Source: a virus. From it: a stretch of 64,000 nucleotides of DNA. Each line of letters begins with the position of its first letter. Position 1 is the first letter of the stretch. Position numbers and translations under genes: made by a program. Below the pieces are notes generated by a model. That model made no database searches. It saw only the letters and a program-made list of their open reading frames with translations, and had not been told where the DNA came from. The DNA is taken from the IMG/VR virus record IMGVR_UViG_3300024999_000075, positions 17,255 to 81,254 of that record; one strand, written 5' to 3'. This document shows positions 20,192-29,852 of this stretch, one piece after another.

Positions 20192-20408
20192 TCTAATCAC
20201 TCAACTCTTTATAACCTGGTTATTTTACAACTGCGCTCTAATTGCTGTGCTGTGGCTTACTTGCTGGAGTTTTGGTCGGGAAGAGTACGAGACAGTGGTA
20301 GCTATGATGATTTTCTCGTTTGGGGTTAGTGTTATAGAATATGATTGGTGGGCGTTAAAGAATAACAGATATGAGAGACGAAAGACAAGGAGGCAGAGAG
20401 TTGGCTGA
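20178..20408 (+). CDS. Small 2-TM membrane protein
   Basis: Two hydrophobic helices and a very basic tail. Confidence 0.5.
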   Translation: MENRNLITQLFITWLFYNCALIAVLWLTCWSFGREEYETVVAMMIFSFGVSVIEYDWWALKNNRYERRKTRRQRVG

Positions 20409-20676
20409 ATATTGTACGTTGTTTTGGGACAAACCATTAGGAGTAGATATTAGTGATCTTTGTTATGATCATGACGCTGCTTATGGAACTGGTAAGTTTA
20501 CGTTAAAATTAATTGGTGATTTAGACTTGGCCAGAGGGATCTGGAACAGATCTAGTAGAGCTGATTCACTGTTAAAAAATATAGGTTTGAAATCAATAGC
20601 TGTTGGAGCATATGCAGTAACCTCCACAGTTGGAATATTTTTCTGGGTAAAGGGGATTAGCAATGGCAATAACTAA
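20401..20676 (+). CDS. Phospholipase A2-like / DUF1353-like protein
   Basis: YCT..D....DLCYDHDAAY...GDLDL motif; probable TTG start after AGGAGG. Confidence 0.55.
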   Translation: MAEYCTLFWDKPLGVDISDLCYDHDAAYGTGKFTLKLIGDLDLARGIWNRSSRADSLLKNIGLKSIAVGAYAVTSTVGIFFWVKGISNGNN

Positions 20677-20953
20677 TGTGATTAATGGTGTTCAAGCCGC
20701 TGTAGATGTAGCTGCCGCTACTGCTTTTCCAGTTACTGGTCCTACTACCATTACTGCTGATGGCTTCGCTATTGGGGAGTTCGCTCAAGTGTTTAGGCTT
20801 GGTCCTAATGCTGCCTACTCAGCCGCTACTAACAAAGACGGCTACATCATCTTATCTGTCTTCCCTAACATGGCGCTGATTGACACACCAGGGTCTTATA
20901 AGATCATTAAGACAGCTACTGTTGCTGCTGCCTATGTAGGATATGAGGCTTAA
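20663..20953 (+). CDS. Small structural beta protein (hypothetical)
   Basis: 96 aa, Ala/Thr-rich. Confidence 0.55.
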   Translation: MAITNVINGVQAAVDVAAATAFPVTGPTTITADGFAIGEFAQVFRLGPNAAYSAATNKDGYIILSVFPNMALIDTPGSYKIIKTATVAAAYVGYEA

Positions 20954-20955
20954 GG

Positions 20956-21462
20956 ATGTTTGGGGCGACTTACAGAGCCTTTAGAAGGAGCGTCGATGCT
21001 GTGTCAGGCAGTAAGGGTGGCGGTTTATATTTGCCTGTAACTGGTCTTGTTGGTGCCTGGTTGGTAGAAAATGATTTGACCGATTCTATCGGCATATCAA
21101 GCATCACGCTGACTACTGGTACAGTCGATGATCTTGCCAATGCATCGTGGGCTATGCCCTCTGATGCCGTAACGATTCAGGCAGACTCTGATATGGGCGG
21201 AGACGTGTTTTTCGATTCGGCAAATGCAATGGCCCCGATAGTGAGGTTTGGTTATGAGTGGTACGCCCTGCTCAACAATGATTTTGTCTGGATTGGTTTC
21301 CACCAATCACGTGGTGGGATTGTAATTTACAGCGCGGATAAATCAGCGCAGGCGAACAGAATACAAGACTACCTTGGCAGGTATGCACCTGATGCTACGT
21401 TCGTTGTTGATGGTGGCGATTTTGTCGTTGATGGCTCAGACTTTATAACTGATGGAGTTTAA
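20956..21462 (+). CDS. Hypothetical structural protein with LamG-like fragment
   Basis: LVGAWLVENDLTDSIG resembles a LamG start; C-terminal FVVDG repeat. Confidence 0.45.
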   Translation: MFGATYRAFRRSVDAVSGSKGGGLYLPVTGLVGAWLVENDLTDSIGISSITLTTGTVDDLANASWAMPSDAVTIQADSDMGGDVFFDSANAMAPIVRFGYEWYALLNNDFVWIGFHQSRGGIVIYSADKSAQANRIQDYLGRYAPDATFVVDGGDFVVDGSDFITDGV

Positions 21463-21465
21463 AAT

Positions 21466-22857
21466 ATGAAAAAGATATTTCCCTTAATATTTACCCTGCT
21501 TCTTGCTGGGTCATGTCTAGCCGCAAACGATGACATATCAGACCGACCAGAACTCGGAACTGCTACCAGTTCTGATTCGCTGCTTGGGGTTGACGCCTCT
21601 GCCGCAGCTGGGGATAGACTCCGCAGAATACTTTTCCAGGGCACAAATGGGTATGTCCTGGCGGGTAACGGTACATGGTTTGACCTCACAACTGCTCTAG
21701 TCGGAAAACAGGATGTTTCCGCCCTAGTCGGAATCGAAGCCCGCACCGGCTTAACCTACACCCCAGCAGCGGGCGAAAATCCGGCATATCTCGACCTTGA
21801 CGACACCGCAGTAACCCCAGCAGCTTACACCAATGCAAATATCACGGTTGATCAGCAAGGTCGGGTTACGGCTGCTGAGAGCGGCACTGGTGGGACGGGC
21901 ATTACGGAGGTCGCAACATTACCCAATCCTCTTGTTGATGGTACTTTTTATGCGGCAATTGATACAGGTGATTTCACCTATAAGTCTTCAACGGGCTCCT
22001 ACACGATCACTGGCGCATACACCCCAGATGCAGCGACGTATTCGATGACGCTAACCATAGCCGACCTTGATGCAACAGGTGATACTTTCACCGTCGCTAG
22101 TGTCCCATACGATGTCGCGGATTCGCCGGCTGTAATCTCTGGTTTAAATTCCGCAACTGAAGCAATCACATATACCGGGAGCAATACCGCCGATTGTACC
22201 GGAACTGCAGTAACGGGCGCGGGACCATGGGCCGTTGATATGTCCGACAGTAATGAGTCGGTGAGTTGTTCGATTTCCGTTACTCCTGGCATTTCCGATG
22301 ATTTCACCGCCGATCAGCTCGCTACTAAGTGGGTTGCTGATCAGGGAACCTATACAGTATCAGGCGGCGTGCTCAACGCCCCGGCAAGTGCTGCCCAACT
22401 GCGTTATGCAACGGCCACAGGAACCATAGATCAGTATGCGAAAATTAAATACACCGATTCGAACTCCGGCGATGGCGGTGTCCTGCTCCGTGAGACGGGG
22501 GCCAGTGGGTATAAGTATAAAGTGTACTACAAAGCCTCGTCAAGCTATCTCCAATGGCAGGTATATAATGGTACAGCATGGTCGGCAAACGTAGGCAATA
22601 CAACGACATTTACGCTCAATGCGGGCGATACTATCGGGTGTACCGTAACTGGTACAGGTGATGACACTATAGTTCGCGCCTGGATAAATCCCGTAGCCAA
22701 TGCACCCACGGATATCAGTAGTTGGGATGGTGAGAGCGATGACGCCGATTATACACTGATCAATAATCCCGTTAACCCCGCAAACACAGGGCTGTACATA
22801 GGTATATCCACTACGACCTCCAGGACATTTGATGATTTTTACGGAGGTTCGAAATGA
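21466..22857 (+). CDS. Signal-peptide-bearing fibre-like protein with C-terminal lectin-like beta sandwich
   Basis: MKKIFPLIFTLLLAGSCLA signal peptide; VTPAAYTNANITVDQQGRVTAAESG fibre motif; SDDFT...FDDFYGG domain. Confidence 0.6.
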   Translation: MKKIFPLIFTLLLAGSCLAANDDISDRPELGTATSSDSLLGVDASAAAGDRLRRILFQGTNGYVLAGNGTWFDLTTALVGKQDVSALVGIEARTGLTYTPAAGENPAYLDLDDTAVTPAAYTNANITVDQQGRVTAAESGTGGTGITEVATLPNPLVDGTFYAAIDTGDFTYKSSTGSYTITGAYTPDAATYSMTLTIADLDATGDTFTVASVPYDVADSPAVISGLNSATEAITYTGSNTADCTGTAVTGAGPWAVDMSDSNESVSCSISVTPGISDDFTADQLATKWVADQGTYTVSGGVLNAPASAAQLRYATATGTIDQYAKIKYTDSNSGDGGVLLRETGASGYKYKVYYKASSSYLQWQVYNGTAWSANVGNTTTFTLNAGDTIGCTVTGTGDDTIVRAWINPVANAPTDISSWDGESDDADYTLINNPVNPANTGLYIGISTTTSRTFDDFYGGSK

Positions 22858-25790
22858 TTAAGTGGATTGTTACAATACTGATCACTCTTATTCAGTCATC
22901 GGCATTTGCCGTTACGGTGCCACTAACAGTCCAGGAGCGATATAGCACAAACAGGACGGATGCACATATCACCTATGGTGTTCCATTCGCCAAGGGCGAC
23001 AATATCCTGTCAACCGCGAATCTTGGAATAGCCGGGGAAGATGCACAGTTCAGGGTTTTATCTCGGTATGATGGCCCTCCGACCGACACAGACAAGCCAA
23101 TCAGGATGGTGCTGGTTGACTTTCAAGATTCGATTGTTGCGGATGCGGCCAATAGCTATACTCTGAGCGATTCAGGCCAGGGAGCGGTAGCGGGGAATGA
23201 TCTTGCTATTGATCGCTCAACATACGTGGAGATTGATACCGGAGCTGTCAATGCCAGGATCAGTAAAACTTCTGGTAATATTTTTGAAAATATTTGGATA
23301 GGTGGTGTTGCCGCCATATCATCCCCGACAGCGGATAAGTGGGTAATCGTTTATAACAGCACTACATATTTCTCTTCTCCGACAGCGATAACCATCGAGG
23401 AAAACGGCCCCCTTCGCTGCGTCGTGAAGGTCGATGGGGTGTTTAAGGATGCCACTAACAATAGCTTAATTCCACCAGTGACCAGGATCGGCGAGACTCC
23501 TGACACACCGATCAAATATACCATTAGATATACCGCCTATAAAAACAAAGGGTACATCAAACTCCAGGCTACATTGCGCAACGAGAATCTTGGCTGGGCC
23601 TATAATTCAGCCCAAGCGACTCACAACATAAGCATCACCGAATCATACCTCAAAACAACCATGGATGGGCTTGCAAGCTCAAAAACTGTGGCCTTCAGCG
23701 GGTACAGTGATTCGACGACATCCGATACATACGAGCTATTGCAACAGGAAACATCTGACGGCACAGCACAATCCTATACGTGGGCGTATGCAATTAATAA
23801 AAACGCCTCTCCGGTCGCAACCGGAACCAAATATGATAGCTATGCGGACCTGCGAGATGCCCAAATAGGTTTAATGGTTGCAGACAGATGGTTCTGGCAG
23901 AATCATCCCATTGGAATCACGATATCAGGGAACCAAATAAAATTTAACCTTTGGCCCGATACCGGGACCGCTCATCGCATTATCGGCGGTATCTGGAAAA
24001 CGCACGAACTCTTGTATTATTTTCACGGAACCGACGCCTCTTTTGATGACGAGTTGGCGCATATTAAGAAAAGACTCATCGCCAGGGCATCGGACGAGTA
24101 TTACGCTAATACAAATTTTGTCTGGGGGATGTTACCAGAAACAATAACATCAAACTATACGTTTCCCGCCGGGGAGCATTTTCAGTATGTGATTGACGCC
24201 CAGGCTCAATATCATAGAGCACTGTTTGACGCGGATTATATTGATCCTGGCAACACCTACACGCCGAACACATTCGATATGTTGCGAGATGGGCGTATGG
24301 TCAAACTGACAGCGGCACCGATATATTCGACATGGTACGGATGGCTGGAGTTCGGTGCGATGCCGTTGACGGCTGGGTATGGGTATCATAATCAGCATTA
24401 TGATTACACCTTCCTTGCGCTGTCTGGTTTTTTGAGATTCGACGACTACAACATGCTTGATATCGCGGAAGAATTACTGCAACACAAGGCTGATATTATA
24501 ACCATACATGATCCTGACGCGCCAAGTACAGACGCAGGATACGGCTATCACGGAGGGCAGAGATACGAGACCGATTCGCTGTTTTCGTACTATGCGGATT
24601 ACAGCATTAGCGGAAAATCCGATCCGAGAAAATCAGGCCATGCGTGGTCAAAGGGGATGCAGCTACAGTACTTATTGACCGGCAACCAACTGTACCTCGA
24701 TGTCGTCGAGCAAATGGGGTTGCATATCCGCAGGCAGCACCAGACTCCAATGTTTAAAACTGCTGAGACTCGTAATCAGTTTCGGGGTATTGACATACTC
24801 GTCAACGAATATCAACTCACCGGGAACCCGTCCGATATTGATGCAGCATGGGATTTACTGGAAAATTCCCTACTGATTGCCGAGGGCGGGGATTGCACGA
24901 ACAGAGACGTATTTACAACCTGCACACCTGATGACACGGCTGGATGGATACCTAACGGGTATGTCAACCAGTATGATTTTGGGGTTGGCGGTGATGCCTG
25001 GATGGTCGAGCCTTTGCTGAAATTTTATTATCTATTGCTGAGCGAAGGAGAGACAACAAAGGCCAGTACTCTCAAGGATTTTTTCCTGCGCTGGGCACCG
25101 ATCATCGAGACGATGATCAACATCGAGGGCGACCAGGGGACATACAGATACGATAACGCTGAGTACATGCCGTATGTCGGCAGAATCGGCTACTATGTCG
25201 GTGTTGGCTATTCGACCTACGGGACCAATTACACCAATATCAACTACGCATATTTGCAACCATATTCGGAACTGTTCACCTTCCTGTACTTGAACGCGCC
25301 GAGCAACAACCAGCATTATCTAGATGTTGCGATGAACATCGAAAAGGACTGCCGAATTTACACATCAACAGCCGATGTTTTTTATCCTGTATCTGACGAT
25401 ACTATTGCAAAGATCGGAGGGTTTCAAACCGCTCAGTCCATTACTTCAGGATCGTTTAAAATACCAAAATTCCTGACGAAATCAACATTACTGTTGCGGA
25501 CCATATCAGGGCTGAGTGCGGTGCCGGATGATCCAGTGTGTGATTCGAGCCACCTGTCGCTGTGCGCATCGGAAAACTGTGCCGGGGCTGGGGGAAATTG
25601 GTGTACCGATGTTTGCCAAGTGGCAGCCTGCGAGGCAGAACCGACCTGCGCTGACCTAACTCAAAACGGCGATGAAACGGGGATCGACTGTGGCGGTTCA
25701 TGCCCTAATGACTGTTCCGCGCCCGCAGGGTGGCGATCAGTGTTTATGATTAATGGCGATGCTGTCCAACTTATTGAGGAAACACCATAA
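22854..25790 (+). CDS. Secreted PcRGLX/YetA-like (PL26-like) polysaccharide lyase fold protein with Cys-rich tail
   Basis: Signal peptide (SAFA); ITYGVPF, FRVLSRY, VLVDFQ, EENGPLR, FWQNHP, QHKADI motifs; C-terminal QNGDETGIDCGGSC. Confidence 0.6.
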   Translation: MIKWIVTILITLIQSSAFAVTVPLTVQERYSTNRTDAHITYGVPFAKGDNILSTANLGIAGEDAQFRVLSRYDGPPTDTDKPIRMVLVDFQDSIVADAANSYTLSDSGQGAVAGNDLAIDRSTYVEIDTGAVNARISKTSGNIFENIWIGGVAAISSPTADKWVIVYNSTTYFSSPTAITIEENGPLRCVVKVDGVFKDATNNSLIPPVTRIGETPDTPIKYTIRYTAYKNKGYIKLQATLRNENLGWAYNSAQATHNISITESYLKTTMDGLASSKTVAFSGYSDSTTSDTYELLQQETSDGTAQSYTWAYAINKNASPVATGTKYDSYADLRDAQIGLMVADRWFWQNHPIGITISGNQIKFNLWPDTGTAHRIIGGIWKTHELLYYFHGTDASFDDELAHIKKRLIARASDEYYANTNFVWGMLPETITSNYTFPAGEHFQYVIDAQAQYHRALFDADYIDPGNTYTPNTFDMLRDGRMVKLTAAPIYSTWYGWLEFGAMPLTAGYGYHNQHYDYTFLALSGFLRFDDYNMLDIAEELLQHKADIITIHDPDAPSTDAGYGYHGGQRYETDSLFSYYADYSISGKSDPRKSGHAWSKGMQLQYLLTGNQLYLDVVEQMGLHIRRQHQTPMFKTAETRNQFRGIDILVNEYQLTGNPSDIDAAWDLLENSLLIAEGGDCTNRDVFTTCTPDDTAGWIPNGYVNQYDFGVGGDAWMVEPLLKFYYLLLSEGETTKASTLKDFFLRWAPIIETMINIEGDQGTYRYDNAEYMPYVGRIGYYVGVGYSTYGTNYTNINYAYLQPYSELFTFLYLNAPSNNQHYLDVAMNIEKDCRIYTSTADVFYPVSDDTIAKIGGFQTAQSITSGSFKIPKFLTKSTLLLRTISGLSAVPDDPVCDSSHLSLCASENCAGAGGNWCTDVCQVAACEAEPTCADLTQNGDETGIDCGGSCPNDCSAPAGWRSVFMINGDAVQLIEETP

Positions 25791-25836
25791 AAAGTCGGTA
25801 CAGCCGGTGACTGATAAGAAACTACTATCGAGCAAA

Positions 25837-25989
25837 ATGAAAATAACATTAATAATAGTGACATTGTTTATCATTATCTCTGCGTGTTTACACCAGTGGC
25901 ACCAAGCTGTAGTAGCGCAAGATCTACATGATACCCTACAACTGAAAGCCTACTATGAGCGGATGGCCAGGGAGTATCCCGCCCAATGA
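25837..25989 (+). CDS. Small single-TM protein upstream of endolysin
   Basis: MKITLIIVTLFIIISAC hydrophobic N-terminus; ATGA overlap with the endolysin. Confidence 0.45.
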   Translation: MKITLIIVTLFIIISACLHQWHQAVVAQDLHDTLQLKAYYERMAREYPAQ

Positions 25990-26492
25990 CAGAACAAGAT
26001 AAAAAACTCCTGGCCTTCACCTTCATGTATGATCACGAAGGTGGGACCAGTTATGATGTCAATGATCGTGGTGGTCTTACGAGATTCGGTATCTGCAAGA
26101 AACAGTACCCGGATGTGGACATAGCCAATCTTACCAAAGAACTAGCTGATCAGATCTATACCAGAGACTACTGGCTAAAGAACAAATGTCACCTGATGCC
26201 TGCTCCCATAGCCATAGTTGTATTTGATTCCTCTGTTAACTGTGGTGTTGGCTCCGGCGCGACCTGGCTCCAAAAAGCTATTAACTCTCAGGGTGACAAT
26301 ATTAAAGTGGATGGTGTAATAGGACCAATGACTCTAGCCAAATTAGACAGTTGTAACCCTCACAATATAGCTGGTAAGATAATAGCTTATCGTCTTAGAA
26401 GATACTCCAAACTCATCTCCAGAGATCCCAGTCAGAGGGGGTTTATAACTAGCTGGATAAACAGAGCTGCTGACCTTCTTGAATATATTTAG
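25986..26492 (+). CDS. Endolysin, glycoside hydrolase family 108 with PG-binding domain
   Basis: HEGG..DVNDRGGLTRFGI, IYTRDYW, VFDSSVNCG, VDGVIGPMTL, WINR. Confidence 0.92.
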   Translation: MTEQDKKLLAFTFMYDHEGGTSYDVNDRGGLTRFGICKKQYPDVDIANLTKELADQIYTRDYWLKNKCHLMPAPIAIVVFDSSVNCGVGSGATWLQKAINSQGDNIKVDGVIGPMTLAKLDSCNPHNIAGKIIAYRLRRYSKLISRDPSQRGFITSWINRAADLLEYI

Positions 26493-26538
26493 TTGTATTG
26501 TGGGCAAGTCTCTGGTAGTATTAAATAAAACTTGAGAC

Positions 26539-27399
26539 ATGATGAGAAAACATTTAGTCATCCCTGACACTCAGATCACGCCCACCTCCCCTAAAGACCA
26601 CCTCTCCTGGATCGGTCAGTACATCCTTGAAAAGAAGCCTGATGTCATAGTCAACCTTGGAGACTTTGCTGATATGGAAAGTCTCTCCAGCTACGACAAA
26701 GGTAAGCTTAAGGCTGAGGGCAAAAGATACAAGAAAGATATTGAAGCTGCCAAGGAAGGCATGGAGCTTCTGCTTGGCCCTATGCGTAGGTATAATGCCA
26801 GGAGGAAGACGTGCAAGAAGAAAGGGTATAACCCTGAAATGCACCTAACTATTGGTAATCATGAACAAAGAATCACAAGGGCTGTTGAGTCTGATGCTGC
26901 TATGGAAGGCTTCATGTCTATTGATGATCTTGAGTATGAGAAATTTGGCTGGCAAGTACACCCTTTCTTGGAAATTGTTGAATTAGATGGAATTAGTTAT
27001 TCTCACTACTTTTATAACCCCTTATCCGGTCGCCCTTATGGAGGATATTCAATTGACACTATGCTCAAAAATCTCGGCTTCAGTTTCGTACAGGGGCATA
27101 GACAACAGTATCTAGTAGGTAATAGATCACTCAATAACGGACGAATAATTCGCGGTTTAATCAATGGTTCCGCGTACTTACACAATGAGGATTATCGTGG
27201 GCCTCAAGCTAACGGGGAAATGAGAGCAGTTTTTCTCCTGCATGAAGTAGACGAAGGTAATTACATGCTCACCGAAATCTCCCTCGATTTTCTGTGTAGG
27301 AAGTATGAGGGAGTCCATCTGTGGCAGTTCATGAAAAATAAATATCCAGAGATATACAAGCAGTCACCTTGGATGGTAAGGCAGGAGACTAGAAGTTGA
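26539..27399 (+). CDS. Calcineurin-like metallophosphoesterase
   Basis: IPDTQ, GDFAD, GNHE, SHY, GHRQ motifs. Confidence 0.85.
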   Translation: MMRKHLVIPDTQITPTSPKDHLSWIGQYILEKKPDVIVNLGDFADMESLSSYDKGKLKAEGKRYKKDIEAAKEGMELLLGPMRRYNARRKTCKKKGYNPEMHLTIGNHEQRITRAVESDAAMEGFMSIDDLEYEKFGWQVHPFLEIVELDGISYSHYFYNPLSGRPYGGYSIDTMLKNLGFSFVQGHRQQYLVGNRSLNNGRIIRGLINGSAYLHNEDYRGPQANGEMRAVFLLHEVDEGNYMLTEISLDFLCRKYEGVHLWQFMKNKYPEIYKQSPWMVRQETRS

Positions 27400-27426
27400 G
27401 GGGAGTATTCCCTCCCCTCAAATTTT
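27396..27426. terminator. Hairpin terminator at the convergence of the two arms
   Basis: ttgaggggag-tattcc-ctcccctcaa. Confidence 0.7.
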
Positions 27427-27459
27427 AATCAGTCTACTTGGATGAAACGGAGGGAGGCT

Positions 27460-27996
27460 TTAGCGAAGTAACCCCTCCTTAATCAGCTGTCTCTTCATGT
27501 ATTCTAATCCACCTGTATTATCTATCACAATGTCTCCAGGCATCACCTTGACTCCTCTCTCAGACTTGTGGTTGAGAAACCTCTCCCACCACTTTTTCTT
27601 GTAAACTTTACCACCTTTTCTTCCTGTGATGTGTACTACAACCCCTCCCATATCCCTTGCTAACTGTGCTTCAGTAGGGAAGCGGCAGTCATCAATAGCA
27701 TGATTGCCAGAGAATCTCTCAATATCAACCTTCATCAGGTGCTCCCACAATCCTGGTACAGTCTTCCTCACAAATTCAGTTCCGAACTGCTGCATGACGC
27801 TCCTTGGAGATACTCCATAGCGGGGGTCGATTGCCTCCTTCCCCTCCCATGTTTTCAGTTGATGATCAGAGAAATCAAAGAGATCCTTCAAACATTTCTT
27901 GAGGGGTGTAGCAAATGAAACCACCCTATAATTTCCAAGCATCCTGGCAGCTGTGGTCTTGCCACACCCTTTTGGTCCTGTAAAAGCTACTATCAT
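27460..27996 (-). CDS. Deoxynucleoside monophosphate kinase
   Basis: GPKGCGKTT, SFATPLK, RSVMQQFGTE, DDCRFPTE, HKSE. Confidence 0.92.
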   Translation of the reverse strand: MIVAFTGPKGCGKTTAARMLGNYRVVSFATPLKKCLKDLFDFSDHQLKTWEGKEAIDPRYGVSPRSVMQQFGTEFVRKTVPGLWEHLMKVDIERFSGNHAIDDCRFPTEAQLARDMGGVVVHITGRKGGKVYKKKWWERFLNHKSERGVKVMPGDIVIDNTGGLEYMKRQLIKEGLLR

Positions 27997-28450
27997 TTCT
28001 TTTCTTTCTCCTCTACTAACTCTATTATCTTCTGAGCAACTTCTTCAAGATTGACGAGGTCATGGCAAGGCCCGCTCCAATTATGGCCTTCATCTATTTC
28101 TATCCACTTATAAATACACCTTGCTATCTCATCTACTGTTACTTTCATTTCTCCCCCTTCGGATACATCTCATCAACTGTTGTCAAGAAAGATGAGTAGT
28201 CATCTTTATCTAGCCAGAACTCACCATGTTCGCCAATGAACAGAATTGCCTTCAGGGTTTCAATTTCTTCTAAGTCTAAGTCAGTTACCATCATTCCCCA
28301 CCTCCACCAGTTTCATCAATCTCTTCTCAGCCAGCACCAAACACCCATAGACTTCAAGAATCTTCTCATGTTCTTTAGGTGGTATCTTAGCTGTCCTTCC
28401 GATGTCGGAAGCCATCATCTTCGCCGAAGTTATTTTAATGAGTAAGTCTT

Positions 28451-28633
28451 TCATATAAACCCCTTTTCAATAGCTACCCATTCAGGGATAGAGATCTCAA
28501 CGCCAAAGACTTCATCGTCTTCTATCTCTTCTTCAATGAGACTTCTTGGTATCCAATCTTGGACATCGCCATCGTCTACATAAACAGCTCCCTTACTTCT
28601 CCGGATGATATCTACAGTGATTTCAACTCTCAT
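28451..28633 (-). CDS. Conserved small phage protein
   Basis: WIPRSLIE...IPEWVAIEKG pattern. Confidence 0.55.
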   Translation of the reverse strand: MRVEITVDIIRRSKGAVYVDDGDVQDWIPRSLIEEEIEDDEVFGVEISIPEWVAIEKGFI

Positions 28634-28800
28634 CTTCAGTCTCCTTGATTACACCCCAATAAATAAAGCCACAATTCTCTTCCCTACACAGGCTAGTTTC
28701 ATTCTCCCAGCTAGGATGGACAACTAGGCATCTTCCTGACCTTCTCCAAGGACAATCCACTGATTTTTCTTCAAAGTTTTTAAGCATTTTCTATAACCTC

Positions 28801-29706
28801 TCAATATTTAGTTATATCGTTAATATCGCGCATCCCCTTAGCAATTGGCTGGCGGGGAGCATTGATGCTTCCGTATTTCTGATACTTATAAGTCCACAGA
28901 CTGCCCATGAACTTATTCTGATTGTCCCAGATATATTTACGGACATTATCCGTCAAGCCTATGCCTGTACCAATGGCAAATGGCTCATCCCATAGAGCTG
29001 ACTTGACCACCAAGGCACCAAGAGTTCCTTTACCGACCTTGTTCTCCTTATGGGCTGATCTGACATTCAATCCTAATTCGTTAGTATAAACTTCATTGCC
29101 ATTGAGCATCTGCTCCTCAAAGCCTATCACCACACACTCGTCATCTTCTACAGGTTTTCTCTTGAATATATTCATCTCTTTGAATGTACACCTGCCTTGT
29201 TTGTATCGCCCCTCTCTGGTCCTGATCATGCCACCTTCGTAATCGTTGTCCACACACCACTGAGTAAAATCTATGACAGCTTGAGGATCTCCCAACAGCT
29301 TTTGTTCAAGCACTTGTACTCCAGGAGGGAGGATACTTTCATTCAGCAGATCTAATCTCACCCCATATGGCAAACTCAAGTCACAAGCTATATTGTCAAA
29401 TACATAGAAAGTAAAGTCAGGTTCTCCAACCTTACGCCTTACTGGTCCGGTAGTATTGTTGAAAACATCTGGATCATTGGGAGCACCTACAATTAACTCC
29501 CCATCCAGACCACTGTATTCTGGTTGGGATAAGATGCCTTGAATGTAGTCATTTGTTATCTTCTTCATTGAAGAGGTAAAAGCACCATTCATAGTTGTGC
29601 ATCGGTAACCATCAAGCTTGACACTCCCGTAAACTGGATATGGTAGCATGTCTAACTGCTCATCAGTGATACTGGTACTCGGTGCCTTCATGGGTTTCTT
29701 GATCAT
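28801..29706 (-). CDS. ATP-dependent DNA ligase
   Basis: KLDGYR, LDGEL, FYVFD, YEGGMIR, YKQGR, GTGIG; likely start MIKKP at 29706 after GGAGGAG. Confidence 0.93.
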   Translation of the reverse strand: MIKKPMKAPSTSITDEQLDMLPYPVYGSVKLDGYRCTTMNGAFTSSMKKITNDYIQGILSQPEYSGLDGELIVGAPNDPDVFNNTTGPVRRKVGEPDFTFYVFDNIACDLSLPYGVRLDLLNESILPPGVQVLEQKLLGDPQAVIDFTQWCVDNDYEGGMIRTREGRYKQGRCTFKEMNIFKRKPVEDDECVVIGFEEQMLNGNEVYTNELGLNVRSAHKENKVGKGTLGALVVKSALWDEPFAIGTGIGLTDNVRKYIWDNQNKFMGSLWTYKYQKYGSINAPRQPIAKGMRDINDITKY

Positions 29707-29727
29707 TTCTATTCTCCTCCACGGTTT

Positions 29728-29818
29728 AAAAAGAAAAAGCCTGAAACGGACTACCCGTTTCAGGCTTGCAGGATTTTTATCACCGCAGCCCGATGAGAGT
29801 CTGTTACCACAGTGATAA
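29728..29818 (-). ncRNA. Candidate small RNA / structured leader upstream of ligase
   Basis: Directly downstream of a consensus promoter; 13-bp stem (with G-U pairs) followed by a strong intrinsic terminator. Confidence 0.5.
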
Positions 29819-29823
29819 ATATT

Positions 29824-29852
29824 TATATAGCCTAAGGCCAAACTAATGTCAA
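29824..29852 (-). promoter_or_regulatory. Near-consensus sigma70 promoter
   Basis: TTGACA-17-TATATA. Confidence 0.7.

Noticed and set aside
29776-29819. Lambda-like operator (TATCACCGC)
   Set aside because: Half-sites are too far apart, mismatches fit G-U RNA pairing better, and no CI-like repressor is in the window.
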